A program made the position numbers and the translations under genes. Shown in pieces: positions 53,753-62,359 of a DNA stretch of 64,000 nt; the stretch's first letter is position 1; each line of letters opens with the position of its first letter. The notes under the pieces were generated by a model, which saw only the letters and a list, made by a program, of their open reading frames with translations, had not been told where the DNA came from and did not search any database. Origin of the DNA: a virus; the IMG/VR virus record IMGVR_UViG_3300047551_002812, positions 1 to 64,000 of that record, one strand, 5' to 3'.

Positions 53753-54484
53753 TCAGGACACGGCAGTAACTTGCGCCAGAGCCGCAGTCTTCTGGGTAGC
53801 GCCAGTGGACACGTTGGTATTGACATTGAGGGCCACGATCTGACCGACTTTGAATCCTGCTCCGGCGGTAGTGATGGCGCCGATCGCGGTAACCTTGCCC
53901 GCTGTGAGAGTCGCTGTGGCCACACCGAAGGCGTAACCCGCTGGATTGGTGGTCTCCGTCGACTCGATCTTGATGGAGACCGTACCGGAGGTAAGGGTAC
54001 CGTCGGTGGTGTATCCACTTCCAGCTTTCTGCAGAGTGAGGGTGACAAGGCCACCGGTCGGGGCCTGGGGAGCCGGGACGACCTCGGCGATGACGGAGGA
54101 GATGGCCTCCGCGATGTTGAACGTGGCTACCATGAAGTGGAAGTCCCCGTCTCCGGTTAGTCCGACGTACTTCGTGGCGTTAACGAGGAGTGCGTTGAGC
54201 GCGGTCTTGTCATCCGCGGGCACATCAGCGTTATCCGCCAGGGCTCCGATGACCATCTCAAGGGTAGCGTAGGCGAACTTTTTGGCCTCGAAGCTCATGG
54301 ATGGACCACAGGCCACGAACTTATCCTTAGCGCTGGTGCGAGCAGTTGGAGTGTTACTTCCGGAGCTGTACGAGGAGACCAACGGGGAGGCGATGGCCTC
54401 GGTCAGAAACTCTTGAAAGGAGATCTTGTATTCAAACTCCATACCGATCTTGCGATAAAGACCGGTGTTAAGTACGGTTGCCAT
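53753..54484 (-). CDS. Virion structural protein
   Basis: T/A/G-rich AGSGYT and AGAGFKVG motifs; late motif upstream. Confidence 0.65.
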   Translation of the reverse strand: MATVLNTGLYRKIGMEFEYKISFQEFLTEAIASPLVSSYSSGSNTPTARTSAKDKFVACGPSMSFEAKKFAYATLEMVIGALADNADVPADDKTALNALLVNATKYVGLTGDGDFHFMVATFNIAEAISSVIAEVVPAPQAPTGGLVTLTLQKAGSGYTTDGTLTSGTVSIKIESTETTNPAGYAFGVATATLTAGKVTAIGAITTAGAGFKVGQIVALNVNTNVSTGATQKTAALAQVTAVS

Positions 54485-54520
54485 AGGTGGTAATGATTCC
54501 TATATCTAATCAGTTAGTCT

Positions 54521-55081
54521 TTAAACCATGTGAGCGAGGGAGGAGTCCTTTGATGGGGAGATGACTTGGATATCGGTCAGAAGCGAACGATGGGAGAGGT
54601 AGTCGCACATATACTTGTAGTACTCTCGGTGCTCCTTCTCACGAGCTTTTAACTGCGTACTCACGAAATACTCGGAGCAGCCCGGGTGAAGATCCTTGAT
54701 CTCTTCGATGTGAAATGGCCTGGACCACTCCCACGATCTGCGTACGAGGAAGACCTTTATCTTGGAGCTGTAGGCTGCGAAAAACGACTCCGCGGAGTTA
54801 GCCCACTCCTCCGAGATGCTGATGTTCCTTCTGAACCGCTCGTAGAAGCACACCTCGGAGAAACCACGATCACAGATAACCACCTCGGCTTTTTCCTCCA
54901 GAGCGGACTGGAACGGATCGATGTACTGCTGGATCGGGGAGTGGTGGTGGGGTTGGGGTCCGAAGAAGTGGAGGGAGCGTACACAGATGTCCTTGGACAC
55001 TAGGTCTTTTTTTGTATTTTCCACGAGGGTGGACTTGCCGACACGATCGGCTCCGAGCACAACGATAGTCTTCGGACGCAT
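54521..55081 (-). CDS. Deoxynucleoside monophosphate kinase (dTMP-kinase-like)
   Basis: P-loop GADRVGKST and ICDRG; extended -10 promoter upstream. Confidence 0.78.
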   Translation of the reverse strand: MRPKTIVVLGADRVGKSTLVENTKKDLVSKDICVRSLHFFGPQPHHHSPIQQYIDPFQSALEEKAEVVICDRGFSEVCFYERFRRNISISEEWANSAESFFAAYSSKIKVFLVRRSWEWSRPFHIEEIKDLHPGCSEYFVSTQLKAREKEHREYYKYMCDYLSHRSLLTDIQVISPSKDSSLAHMV

Positions 55082-55181
55082 ACTGGAAAAACACCGACTT
55101 TACAGCCTTATCATACCACGATCCTTGGCCGCGGGGGTAATAAAGTTTAAAGAAGTATATAGTCAGTAACCGAGACGTAGC

Positions 55182-55523
55182 ATGCCAGCGACTCCACAGC
55201 CTCCGTTCCACAGGTGGGGCGTTAGATTTACATCAGATACAACTCACAACCTATCCTACATCCAGACTCAGCATAACGAAAACTCATCCAACACCTACCG
55301 GGGAGAACTCTTTCTCAACGAGGCACTAGATGAGATCTACTACGTCGATTCCACCGGAGTCGCTAGAAGATTCGGGGACAGAGCCTCCGTTCCCTTCTCT
55401 CGGATAAGTTTCACGGGGCTCAGGGAGTTTGTGGATGATGCCGCGGCCGCGGCTGCGACTCCCCCGGTGGTGGTCGGGGGGATGTACAGGACGGGCAGCG
55501 TGCTAAAAGTGAGAATAGTTTAA
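55182..55523 (+). CDS. Small structural/fibre-associated protein
   Basis: GELFLNEALDEIYY, FVDDAAAAAA..VGGMYRTG..LKVR. Confidence 0.7.
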   Translation: MPATPQPPFHRWGVRFTSDTTHNLSYIQTQHNENSSNTYRGELFLNEALDEIYYVDSTGVARRFGDRASVPFSRISFTGLREFVDDAAAAAATPPVVVGGMYRTGSVLKVRIV

Positions 55524-55587
55524 AGTATGTCAGGATGCGAAAACATTAGCGCATGTCCAGACCACTAGCAAGCACTACATGACCCGG

Positions 55588-55623
55588 AGACCCTGGAAGT
55601 AACGCACTTCTGGGGTCTTTTTT
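55588..55623 (+). terminator. Strong intrinsic terminator upstream of phoH
   Basis: 13-bp stem AGACCCTGGAAGT/ACTTCTGGGGTCT (2 G-U pairs) plus T tract. Confidence 0.8.
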
Positions 55624-55647
55624 CGTATCCCACACAGAAAAAACCTC

Positions 55648-56409
55648 ATGGCTAGAAAATCTACACGGAAGCAGCGCCGGCTCGAGGAGAACCAGGTGTT
55701 CGCGATGGAGAGTAACAGCAACAGTGGCGGTAATGAGTCGGGATCCAAGTTCCAAGACAACAGGATACTGATGCCACGTAACCCGAACCAGGTCGATGCT
55801 ATGAGGTACCTAAGGACCAAGGTCCTAACTCTGCTTTCCGGACCACCAGGCACAGCGAAGACCCTCTTAGCGACCTACGTAGCATGCGAGAAACTGCAGA
55901 AGAGGGAGGTGGATAAGATCTACTACGTGAAACCCGTTGTGAGTGTCCCCGGAGAGCAGGGACTCGGCTTCCTTCCGGGAAATCTCGACGAGAAGATCGC
56001 GCCCCATATCAGTCCCGTCCGTGACGCCCTTGAGGTTTTCATGTCGAAGGGCAAAGCGGAGTACCTCCTCTCGAAGAAGTACATAGAGTTTCTGCCCATA
56101 GAGCACCTGCGCGGGCGATCGTTGAATAGGTGCGTGGTTATCGCCGACGAGATGCAGAACGCAACAACCCACAGTCTCATGACTATTCTCACTCGTCTTG
56201 GAGACTCGTCGAGTGTCGCCGTTCTCGGGGACGTCGTGCAGAGAGACCTGGCTAATCGCTTTGGCGGTGACGGACTGTCGGATGCCATCAAGAGGCTGAA
56301 AGACATGCCTGATGTTGGTTCGGTGGAGTTCGGATTTGATGACATAGAACGGTCCTCATTCGTCCAGTCCGTCATCCGGGCCTACTCGGACCTGTACTTG
56401 TCTAGATAA
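55648..56409 (+). CDS. phoH: PhoH-family ATPase
   Basis: GPPGTAKT, LGFLPGNLDEK, LRGRSL, DEMQN, LTRLG, GDVVQRD. Confidence 0.96.
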   Translation: MARKSTRKQRRLEENQVFAMESNSNSGGNESGSKFQDNRILMPRNPNQVDAMRYLRTKVLTLLSGPPGTAKTLLATYVACEKLQKREVDKIYYVKPVVSVPGEQGLGFLPGNLDEKIAPHISPVRDALEVFMSKGKAEYLLSKKYIEFLPIEHLRGRSLNRCVVIADEMQNATTHSLMTILTRLGDSSSVAVLGDVVQRDLANRFGGDGLSDAIKRLKDMPDVGSVEFGFDDIERSSFVQSVIRAYSDLYLSR

Positions 56410-56455
56410 CTTTGCGGGTTTAAAGTAAGTTATATTGACATAGTGCCCTGGAAAG

Positions 56456-59400
56456 ATGCCAAAATCAAAGAGCGGCGGGAGACTTAGAACCTCGCGAGTG
56501 GAACCACAGCCTTTTTCTCAGAGGGACAGCGCTGAGACCGAGGTAAAGTACTACGGTCTGGTTCGTGATAACGCGCTCGGTGACCTTGCATCCAAGGACA
56601 GGGCGCTGGCCGAGGTCCTCACGGATATTCAAGATTCGGCCGAGGCGTCCGTCCTAGGCAGATTCGTGCCAAACGACCTTCAGGTCTTGGACGGAGTCGT
56701 GAGGTACGACCTCAAACGTGAGGATTTTGAGATCCTAAAGGGCGCATCCATTAACGCCGAGGATGAAAGCGGAAGGACCGTTCCGCTAGTTAATCCACGC
56801 CAGCGCATCTCGGACAGGATCGCCCAGGCTGAGAGGTTCGCGGGCAGGGGAACAAACTACCAAGGTCAGGGTACCGTGCTCTACAAGTACTACGTACCCG
56901 AGACCCAGCCAACCGACTCGGTGAGTAAGTACTCGCACACGAACCCTCCGCCATTCTTCACCGAGGCGATAACTTCCACTGCGGAGAACTCCGCGGATTT
57001 TATCCCATCGACCGTGACTCAGATATCGAACACGCATCGAATCGGGTATATCCAGAATGGCCGGTTTGTTCCTGACTCCGAGTCGGAGTACTGGTGGAGT
57101 GGTGAGTACGACCACTATATGAACAGTGCCTCGGAGTACGGTGATCCAACACAATCCGCCCTCACCAACCCGAAGTTCCCTATAGTCCGGGACGGGAATA
57201 TGAAGTTCGACCAGATTGCCCCTCGGGGGATCAGTACTCGCTACAACTGGGGGCTAAGGTTCGACGCTTGGTTCAAGCGAGGCGATTTTGCCTCCACCTC
57301 CACCATGATGAGGTGGGCAGCCCAGGTCAACGGGCATCTTCGCATAGACTATTTCGACAAGACCGGATACAACCCCACAACTAGAGCGATCGAGGGTACC
57401 TGGAGAACGGCCCTTAACACGGCGGACTCGACCACTTACTACACCCAGGTCTCTCGGGAGAACTCAGTTCCTAACGTTCTTGGAGGTAGGTTGTACTATG
57501 TCCAAGGAGGTCCGACAATGCCCCTTGGTACCGGATCGGGATCCGTGCCGTCCCAACGCTCCTTGGCGAATGGTGGAGCACTTGACCTAGCTAAAACTTA
57601 CACCGGGTTAGAGGGAAGCGCGATCAAGAACTTCTTGGACGATTACGTCCCTGTGGTAATACGGTTCTGGTATGGTCAACCCTCCACCGACCCGGCCCAG
57701 ACCGATATTGTTACGAGACGCCCGCTGGGGACTCCGAGTTTCTTTATCCAGATGCTGGATACGAATCTCAGCACCGCGGACATCTCAAAGTGGAATGACT
57801 ACTCCGCGCAGTTAAGACTGACGTGGAATTCGGCGCAGAGTGCGTGGTCCGTGGACACCTCCTCAGGTGGCAGTGCGGCCGAGGAGGCAAATTTCGCAAA
57901 CTACAGTACTAACTTTGAGGTCATTGCGTACACCACCCTCGGAGCAAGTAAACCGGCGGTGCTAACCGGCTACACCATACCCTCTACGACGATCATAGGG
58001 ACAAAGGGTGCTCCCGTAAGCGGAGTTACCTACGCCAGCTTTAGCGTGCCTGGAGTAAGTCCGACTAATGGCCAGACAATATGGGCGGTCGTGAAGAACC
58101 GACCTTTTAACGTTGTTCCGGGGACGGCGACATTGAACATCGTGTCGATGTGGCAGAAGTATCTTTTCAATCCTAATCCCACAGGCAAATACGGAAGTAT
58201 CAGTGATCTTCTTGAGAACGTAGGTAAGAACTACGTAGAGCCTGACCCGTCGAAAATCGCGTTCGAGGCAAACCTGGATCTGTATAGAGCTACGTTGGGA
58301 GGTCTGCCAAAACCCAGCACCTACACCTCAACAAGGTATGACGGAACCCTGACAAACTCCGTAACAAGTTCCAACACCGAAAGAGACTACGACTACAACC
58401 ACTCAAAACTGTTGATGATAGGTCGTCAAAAGAAAGGTACGGTAGCCGAGATCGGTACCACCTCGCCGTATGCTGGGAAGAATCTGGCAACCGGTGAGAC
58501 CAGAAAGAAAGGGGAGAACTATACCTTCATTGAGGTGGTGGAGAACGCTGCAGGATTCGGGGGTACTGTGACTATAAACGCCTACCCGTCAAACGACCTA
58601 GGAGTCATCTCGACAACTTCCACGACCACCTACGGGAAAGCGCTTCATATGCTCGATAACACTACCACTTTCTCTAAGAGCAGTAGGCAGAACATCTCCA
58701 CTATCGCGCTAAATAAACTGCCGTCGGATGCTAACTTTGCCTCCACATCCAGGGTTCTCTATGAGGAGGTCGATGGGGTAGGGAGGCTGAGTGTCGGAAC
58801 GTGGAACGGTTCGGCCTTCACCTACGATAATACCGGGATCATCGCCCAACTGACCATGGGCGCCACCGGATCCAGAAACCACGTCGCTAAGTCGATGTTT
58901 ATCGCCGAGTTCACCAAAGGCACAACCCCCTATAGTTTTTACGGGCTCATAGGGGCTCAGAGAACATCATTCTCCGGAGTGACCCTTACCGTGAACTCAG
59001 GAGAGGTTACGATAACGTCCTCCGGTGGGGTATTTACCCCCGACTCGACCAACTCCAATAACAATCAGTACATCGGTTCCGAGATCATCTTCCCCAACGA
59101 CGCAACGGTGAGAAGAGTGACGTCATATAACGCCTCCACCGGAACAGTGACTTTCACGCCGTCCATCGCGGCCGGTCAGTACACGAGTTGTCAGGTGTAC
59201 TACAATCACCTCCAGCTTGGTAGTACTCTACCCGCGAATATCGTGAGTTCCACCGGGGCCAAAGTCGTGAGAACCACCGTTATCCCCGTGCCTAGCGGCG
59301 GTAATATATCCGATCGTCTGGTACAGATCCGATTTGTCTTCAACTCGGCGTACCAGTTCCTCAGGGCTGATAGCGGTTCCAGCCTGAGTTTCGGGGAGAC

Positions 59401-59989
59401 ACTGTACGTAAAGGCCGGAAGCTCACCCACCGAGATCCAGCCATTCTCCTCCGATACCGAGCTTCCCGCCCCGCCGGCCGACATCGTAGTTCCATTCGGT
59501 TACGATAATACTTCTGGGGCATCGGATCCAGGGCTCGGAGGGCTCTGCTATCCACCCTACTCGATTCAGAATATCTCACTTCAGGCCATCACTAAGACCG
59601 ACACAGCGCTGTACGCCTCCACCGAGGGGCAGTTTGACATCTGGTGGGGAGGACGGGTTAATAGTTCCGATGATATGGGGCAGAAGTACCTCTACGTTAC
59701 TGACAAACTGATGTTTGACTTCAGTAGTTCTGAACGTAGCAATCTCCTTTCATCGCTGCTGACGGCACAGAAACCTGTATTTGGTGGATCGGAGTACACC
59801 CATAAACTCGAGGTGGAGTTAAATGTAGGTCTTCCTGATGGTCCCGTGCAGAATGCAAATCTGTACAAAGACGTTAGATTCTACTCCAATAACAAACCGG
59901 TGAAGGACCGGTACTACCTTTTCATCCGTAAACAGACTGGCGGAAGCCAACTCAGTGTGCTTTCCGCCAATAACCCATCGTGGACCTGA
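56456..59989 (+). CDS. Large virion structural protein with PA14-like domain
   Basis: YYGLVRDNALGDL N-terminus; NWGLRFDAWF..YVPVVIRFWYG. Confidence 0.7.
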   Translation: MPKSKSGGRLRTSRVEPQPFSQRDSAETEVKYYGLVRDNALGDLASKDRALAEVLTDIQDSAEASVLGRFVPNDLQVLDGVVRYDLKREDFEILKGASINAEDESGRTVPLVNPRQRISDRIAQAERFAGRGTNYQGQGTVLYKYYVPETQPTDSVSKYSHTNPPPFFTEAITSTAENSADFIPSTVTQISNTHRIGYIQNGRFVPDSESEYWWSGEYDHYMNSASEYGDPTQSALTNPKFPIVRDGNMKFDQIAPRGISTRYNWGLRFDAWFKRGDFASTSTMMRWAAQVNGHLRIDYFDKTGYNPTTRAIEGTWRTALNTADSTTYYTQVSRENSVPNVLGGRLYYVQGGPTMPLGTGSGSVPSQRSLANGGALDLAKTYTGLEGSAIKNFLDDYVPVVIRFWYGQPSTDPAQTDIVTRRPLGTPSFFIQMLDTNLSTADISKWNDYSAQLRLTWNSAQSAWSVDTSSGGSAAEEANFANYSTNFEVIAYTTLGASKPAVLTGYTIPSTTIIGTKGAPVSGVTYASFSVPGVSPTNGQTIWAVVKNRPFNVVPGTATLNIVSMWQKYLFNPNPTGKYGSISDLLENVGKNYVEPDPSKIAFEANLDLYRATLGGLPKPSTYTSTRYDGTLTNSVTSSNTERDYDYNHSKLLMIGRQKKGTVAEIGTTSPYAGKNLATGETRKKGENYTFIEVVENAAGFGGTVTINAYPSNDLGVISTTSTTTYGKALHMLDNTTTFSKSSRQNISTIALNKLPSDANFASTSRVLYEEVDGVGRLSVGTWNGSAFTYDNTGIIAQLTMGATGSRNHVAKSMFIAEFTKGTTPYSFYGLIGAQRTSFSGVTLTVNSGEVTITSSGGVFTPDSTNSNNNQYIGSEIIFPNDATVRRVTSYNASTGTVTFTPSIAAGQYTSCQVYYNHLQLGSTLPANIVSSTGAKVVRTTVIPVPSGGNISDRLVQIRFVFNSAYQFLRADSGSSLSFGETLYVKAGSSPTEIQPFSSDTELPAPPADIVVPFGYDNTSGASDPGLGGLCYPPYSIQNISLQAITKTDTALYASTEGQFDIWWGGRVNSSDDMGQKYLYVTDKLMFDFSSSERSNLLSSLLTAQKPVFGGSEYTHKLEVELNVGLPDGPVQNANLYKDVRFYSNNKPVKDRYYLFIRKQTGGSQLSVLSANNPSWT

Positions 59990-62338
59990 TCAGGATAGAG
60001 TGAAGAGTGGTACGGCGTAGATTGTCGATTGGACCCCGTTCTTCACGGTGGGGATTCCAGTAACCGCTGGGGCGGTCTGCCTGTGGAAGTAGAAAGCCCC
60101 ATCGCGGCCATTGGTGTGGATTCTCTGGGCCAATTCCGAAATCGTGGTGTTATACGAGTACCAGTCCGTTGAAGCCGGATTTGTCGTCACGGAGGTGCCC
60201 TCGGCGCTAAGGACCCCGAGGTTCTGTCCTGTTATGCTCGGGTTCATGGTCACAGTCACTCCGCCGGCATCGGTGATCTCTTGGAAGAACGGTTTATCTG
60301 TAGTGGAGAAGGCCCTGCGGTAGTCATTTCCCACCTTGATGAATAGACCTGGCACCCTTACCTGGAAGTTCGGGTCAGGGAGCATGAGATCGAGTGTACC
60401 CGACCCTGCCACTGTGGCGGATGTCTGTATGGAAAACTCGTTAGCATTGATATACTTGGCAGTGTAGGTACCCGAAGAGAACTTACTTCCAGTGTTAGCT
60501 ACTACATTGGACACTTTAACACTGTCCCCGGTTTTCACCGAGTGGGAACTCAGTACGATCGTAACGACTCCGGACGCCACTGAGGACCACTGAACAACCG
60601 GTCCGAGAACAAACTCACTCACCGAGGATCTTAGTCTATCACCTGTAATGGATCCTGCGCCAAGAGTTGTGTCAGAGGGATTCAAGACGAAATCTTGATC
60701 GCGGAGTACGACTCTCTGCCATACCACCACATCTTTACCAGAAAAGGAGTTGTAGGTGTAACCTAGAACATTCTCCGCCGAGGAGACGGGGGTTGGTCGC
60801 TTAGTGTTCTGAATAGCCAACCTCGATCTAGTCTTCAGATCGGATGCGCTGCTACTCACGGAGTTTATCGCCGAGGAGATACTGCCGCTTACGGAGAAAA
60901 CCTCCGATGTGTAACTCCTGAGATAGATCGGCGACTGAGCAAATTTGAACTGTAGGATATTGGTGATGTTCGATCCGTCGAATCTTCGGATCTCTATGGC
61001 CTGCTCAGATGTCAGACCGGTCTCCGAGGTGTCCCTGTCAAGGTACACGTACTTACCCAGTTCCTCGTCGAAGAGGAAGAATCCATCCTCGGTAGCGTTC
61101 TTGACAGTGTACGTGAAGTTACTCGTGCGGATTATCTCGGGGGTTCCCTCGAAGTAAACACCTCTTTGCCTCCGCACCTTCACCACCTGTCCGGTGTTGG
61201 AGTCGTTAACGCTCGCCTCGACCACCTCAAGTTCCTCGGGGATCACGTAACTGTATCCGGGATCGGTTATCCTCACGGAACTGACGTAGTATCTCGTTAC
61301 GTTAGCGGTCGTGAATCTGAGTAGTTCCCTTGGATCGCATACCTCACAGTTCTTGGATGTATTCGTGCTGGTGGACGGAAGAACAACAGTGAAAGTACTG
61401 GAACTGGTGACAGTGACCGACCCAACAAACCCGCTCTTCAGCGTGCCAGACAGGACTCTGATGTACACGCTATCTCCCGTGGAGAGTCCGTGGTTGGTGA
61501 GAGTCACCGTAGCCGAGGCAGTAGACCCGAGTTCGGTACCGAACGAGGTGTTAGTGTAAGTGGCCGGAGTACCGGGCAGGTAGTCGAATGCCATCTTGGT
61601 GAATGTAACATCGGCTCTAAGGCTTGTCGCGTTACTAGTCTTACCCCGAAGCTGGATATTGGAGAGTCTTACATCGTAACTAGAGACGAGTGCTTGCCCG
61701 GAACCACTTATGGAACCCCCGGAGTTGGCAACGGTGAAGGTGTTTGCCGTCACGGACACCACGGCGTAGTCACCGGACGTCGCGTTCGTACCACCTCCGG
61801 AGTTATTGAATCTGATACCCACGACCTGGTCCTTTACGAATCCGTGGGAGTTAAGTGTTATGGTGATGGTGGAACTAGCGTCAGCTATCCACGTGGCTGC
61901 GAAGTTCTCAAGGGAGGCGATCTGGTCTTGGGAGTTTAGAAAGTAGAACCCTCCGCCTCCGGATATCAGACGGAGAGCCGGAACGGAACCACCGACGGAA
62001 TAGCGAAGAGGAGTCACATTATCTGAGTTACCCGTACCGACCTCGTACTTTGTGAAGTACACCCGATTCTCATCGGTAAAAGTAAAGTACTTAGAGCCGA
62101 ACTTGGTGCGGTTTATCACGTCACCAGAAAGAGTACTTAGTTTTTCGGTCGTCAGCCTGTATATCTGAGACGTTTTATCATCGAGTACTCCGGACACGCA
62201 GAGAGACTCCACCGACGACGAGAGGGAGTACAGCTCGATGTCAGTCTCTATCCCAGGAGCGTACAATTTCTGCAGCGCGGTTTTGAGGTTGAGGTTGGAC
62301 TCCGATAGGTTTTTAGATCTAGTTAGACCGATTGCCAT
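59990..62338 (-). CDS. Virion structural/tail protein with three beta-barrel repeats
   Basis: Repeats of T.TL..HG...GD.V.I......SG.Y.V......FTV; N-terminus GLTRSKNLSE. Confidence 0.7.
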   Translation of the reverse strand: MAIGLTRSKNLSESNLNLKTALQKLYAPGIETDIELYSLSSSVESLCVSGVLDDKTSQIYRLTTEKLSTLSGDVINRTKFGSKYFTFTDENRVYFTKYEVGTGNSDNVTPLRYSVGGSVPALRLISGGGGFYFLNSQDQIASLENFAATWIADASSTITITLNSHGFVKDQVVGIRFNNSGGGTNATSGDYAVVSVTANTFTVANSGGSISGSGQALVSSYDVRLSNIQLRGKTSNATSLRADVTFTKMAFDYLPGTPATYTNTSFGTELGSTASATVTLTNHGLSTGDSVYIRVLSGTLKSGFVGSVTVTSSSTFTVVLPSTSTNTSKNCEVCDPRELLRFTTANVTRYYVSSVRITDPGYSYVIPEELEVVEASVNDSNTGQVVKVRRQRGVYFEGTPEIIRTSNFTYTVKNATEDGFFLFDEELGKYVYLDRDTSETGLTSEQAIEIRRFDGSNITNILQFKFAQSPIYLRSYTSEVFSVSGSISSAINSVSSSASDLKTRSRLAIQNTKRPTPVSSAENVLGYTYNSFSGKDVVVWQRVVLRDQDFVLNPSDTTLGAGSITGDRLRSSVSEFVLGPVVQWSSVASGVVTIVLSSHSVKTGDSVKVSNVVANTGSKFSSGTYTAKYINANEFSIQTSATVAGSGTLDLMLPDPNFQVRVPGLFIKVGNDYRRAFSTTDKPFFQEITDAGGVTVTMNPSITGQNLGVLSAEGTSVTTNPASTDWYSYNTTISELAQRIHTNGRDGAFYFHRQTAPAVTGIPTVKNGVQSTIYAVPLFTLS

Positions 62339-62359
62339 GTTCTAAGTGCTCCTGGGTGA

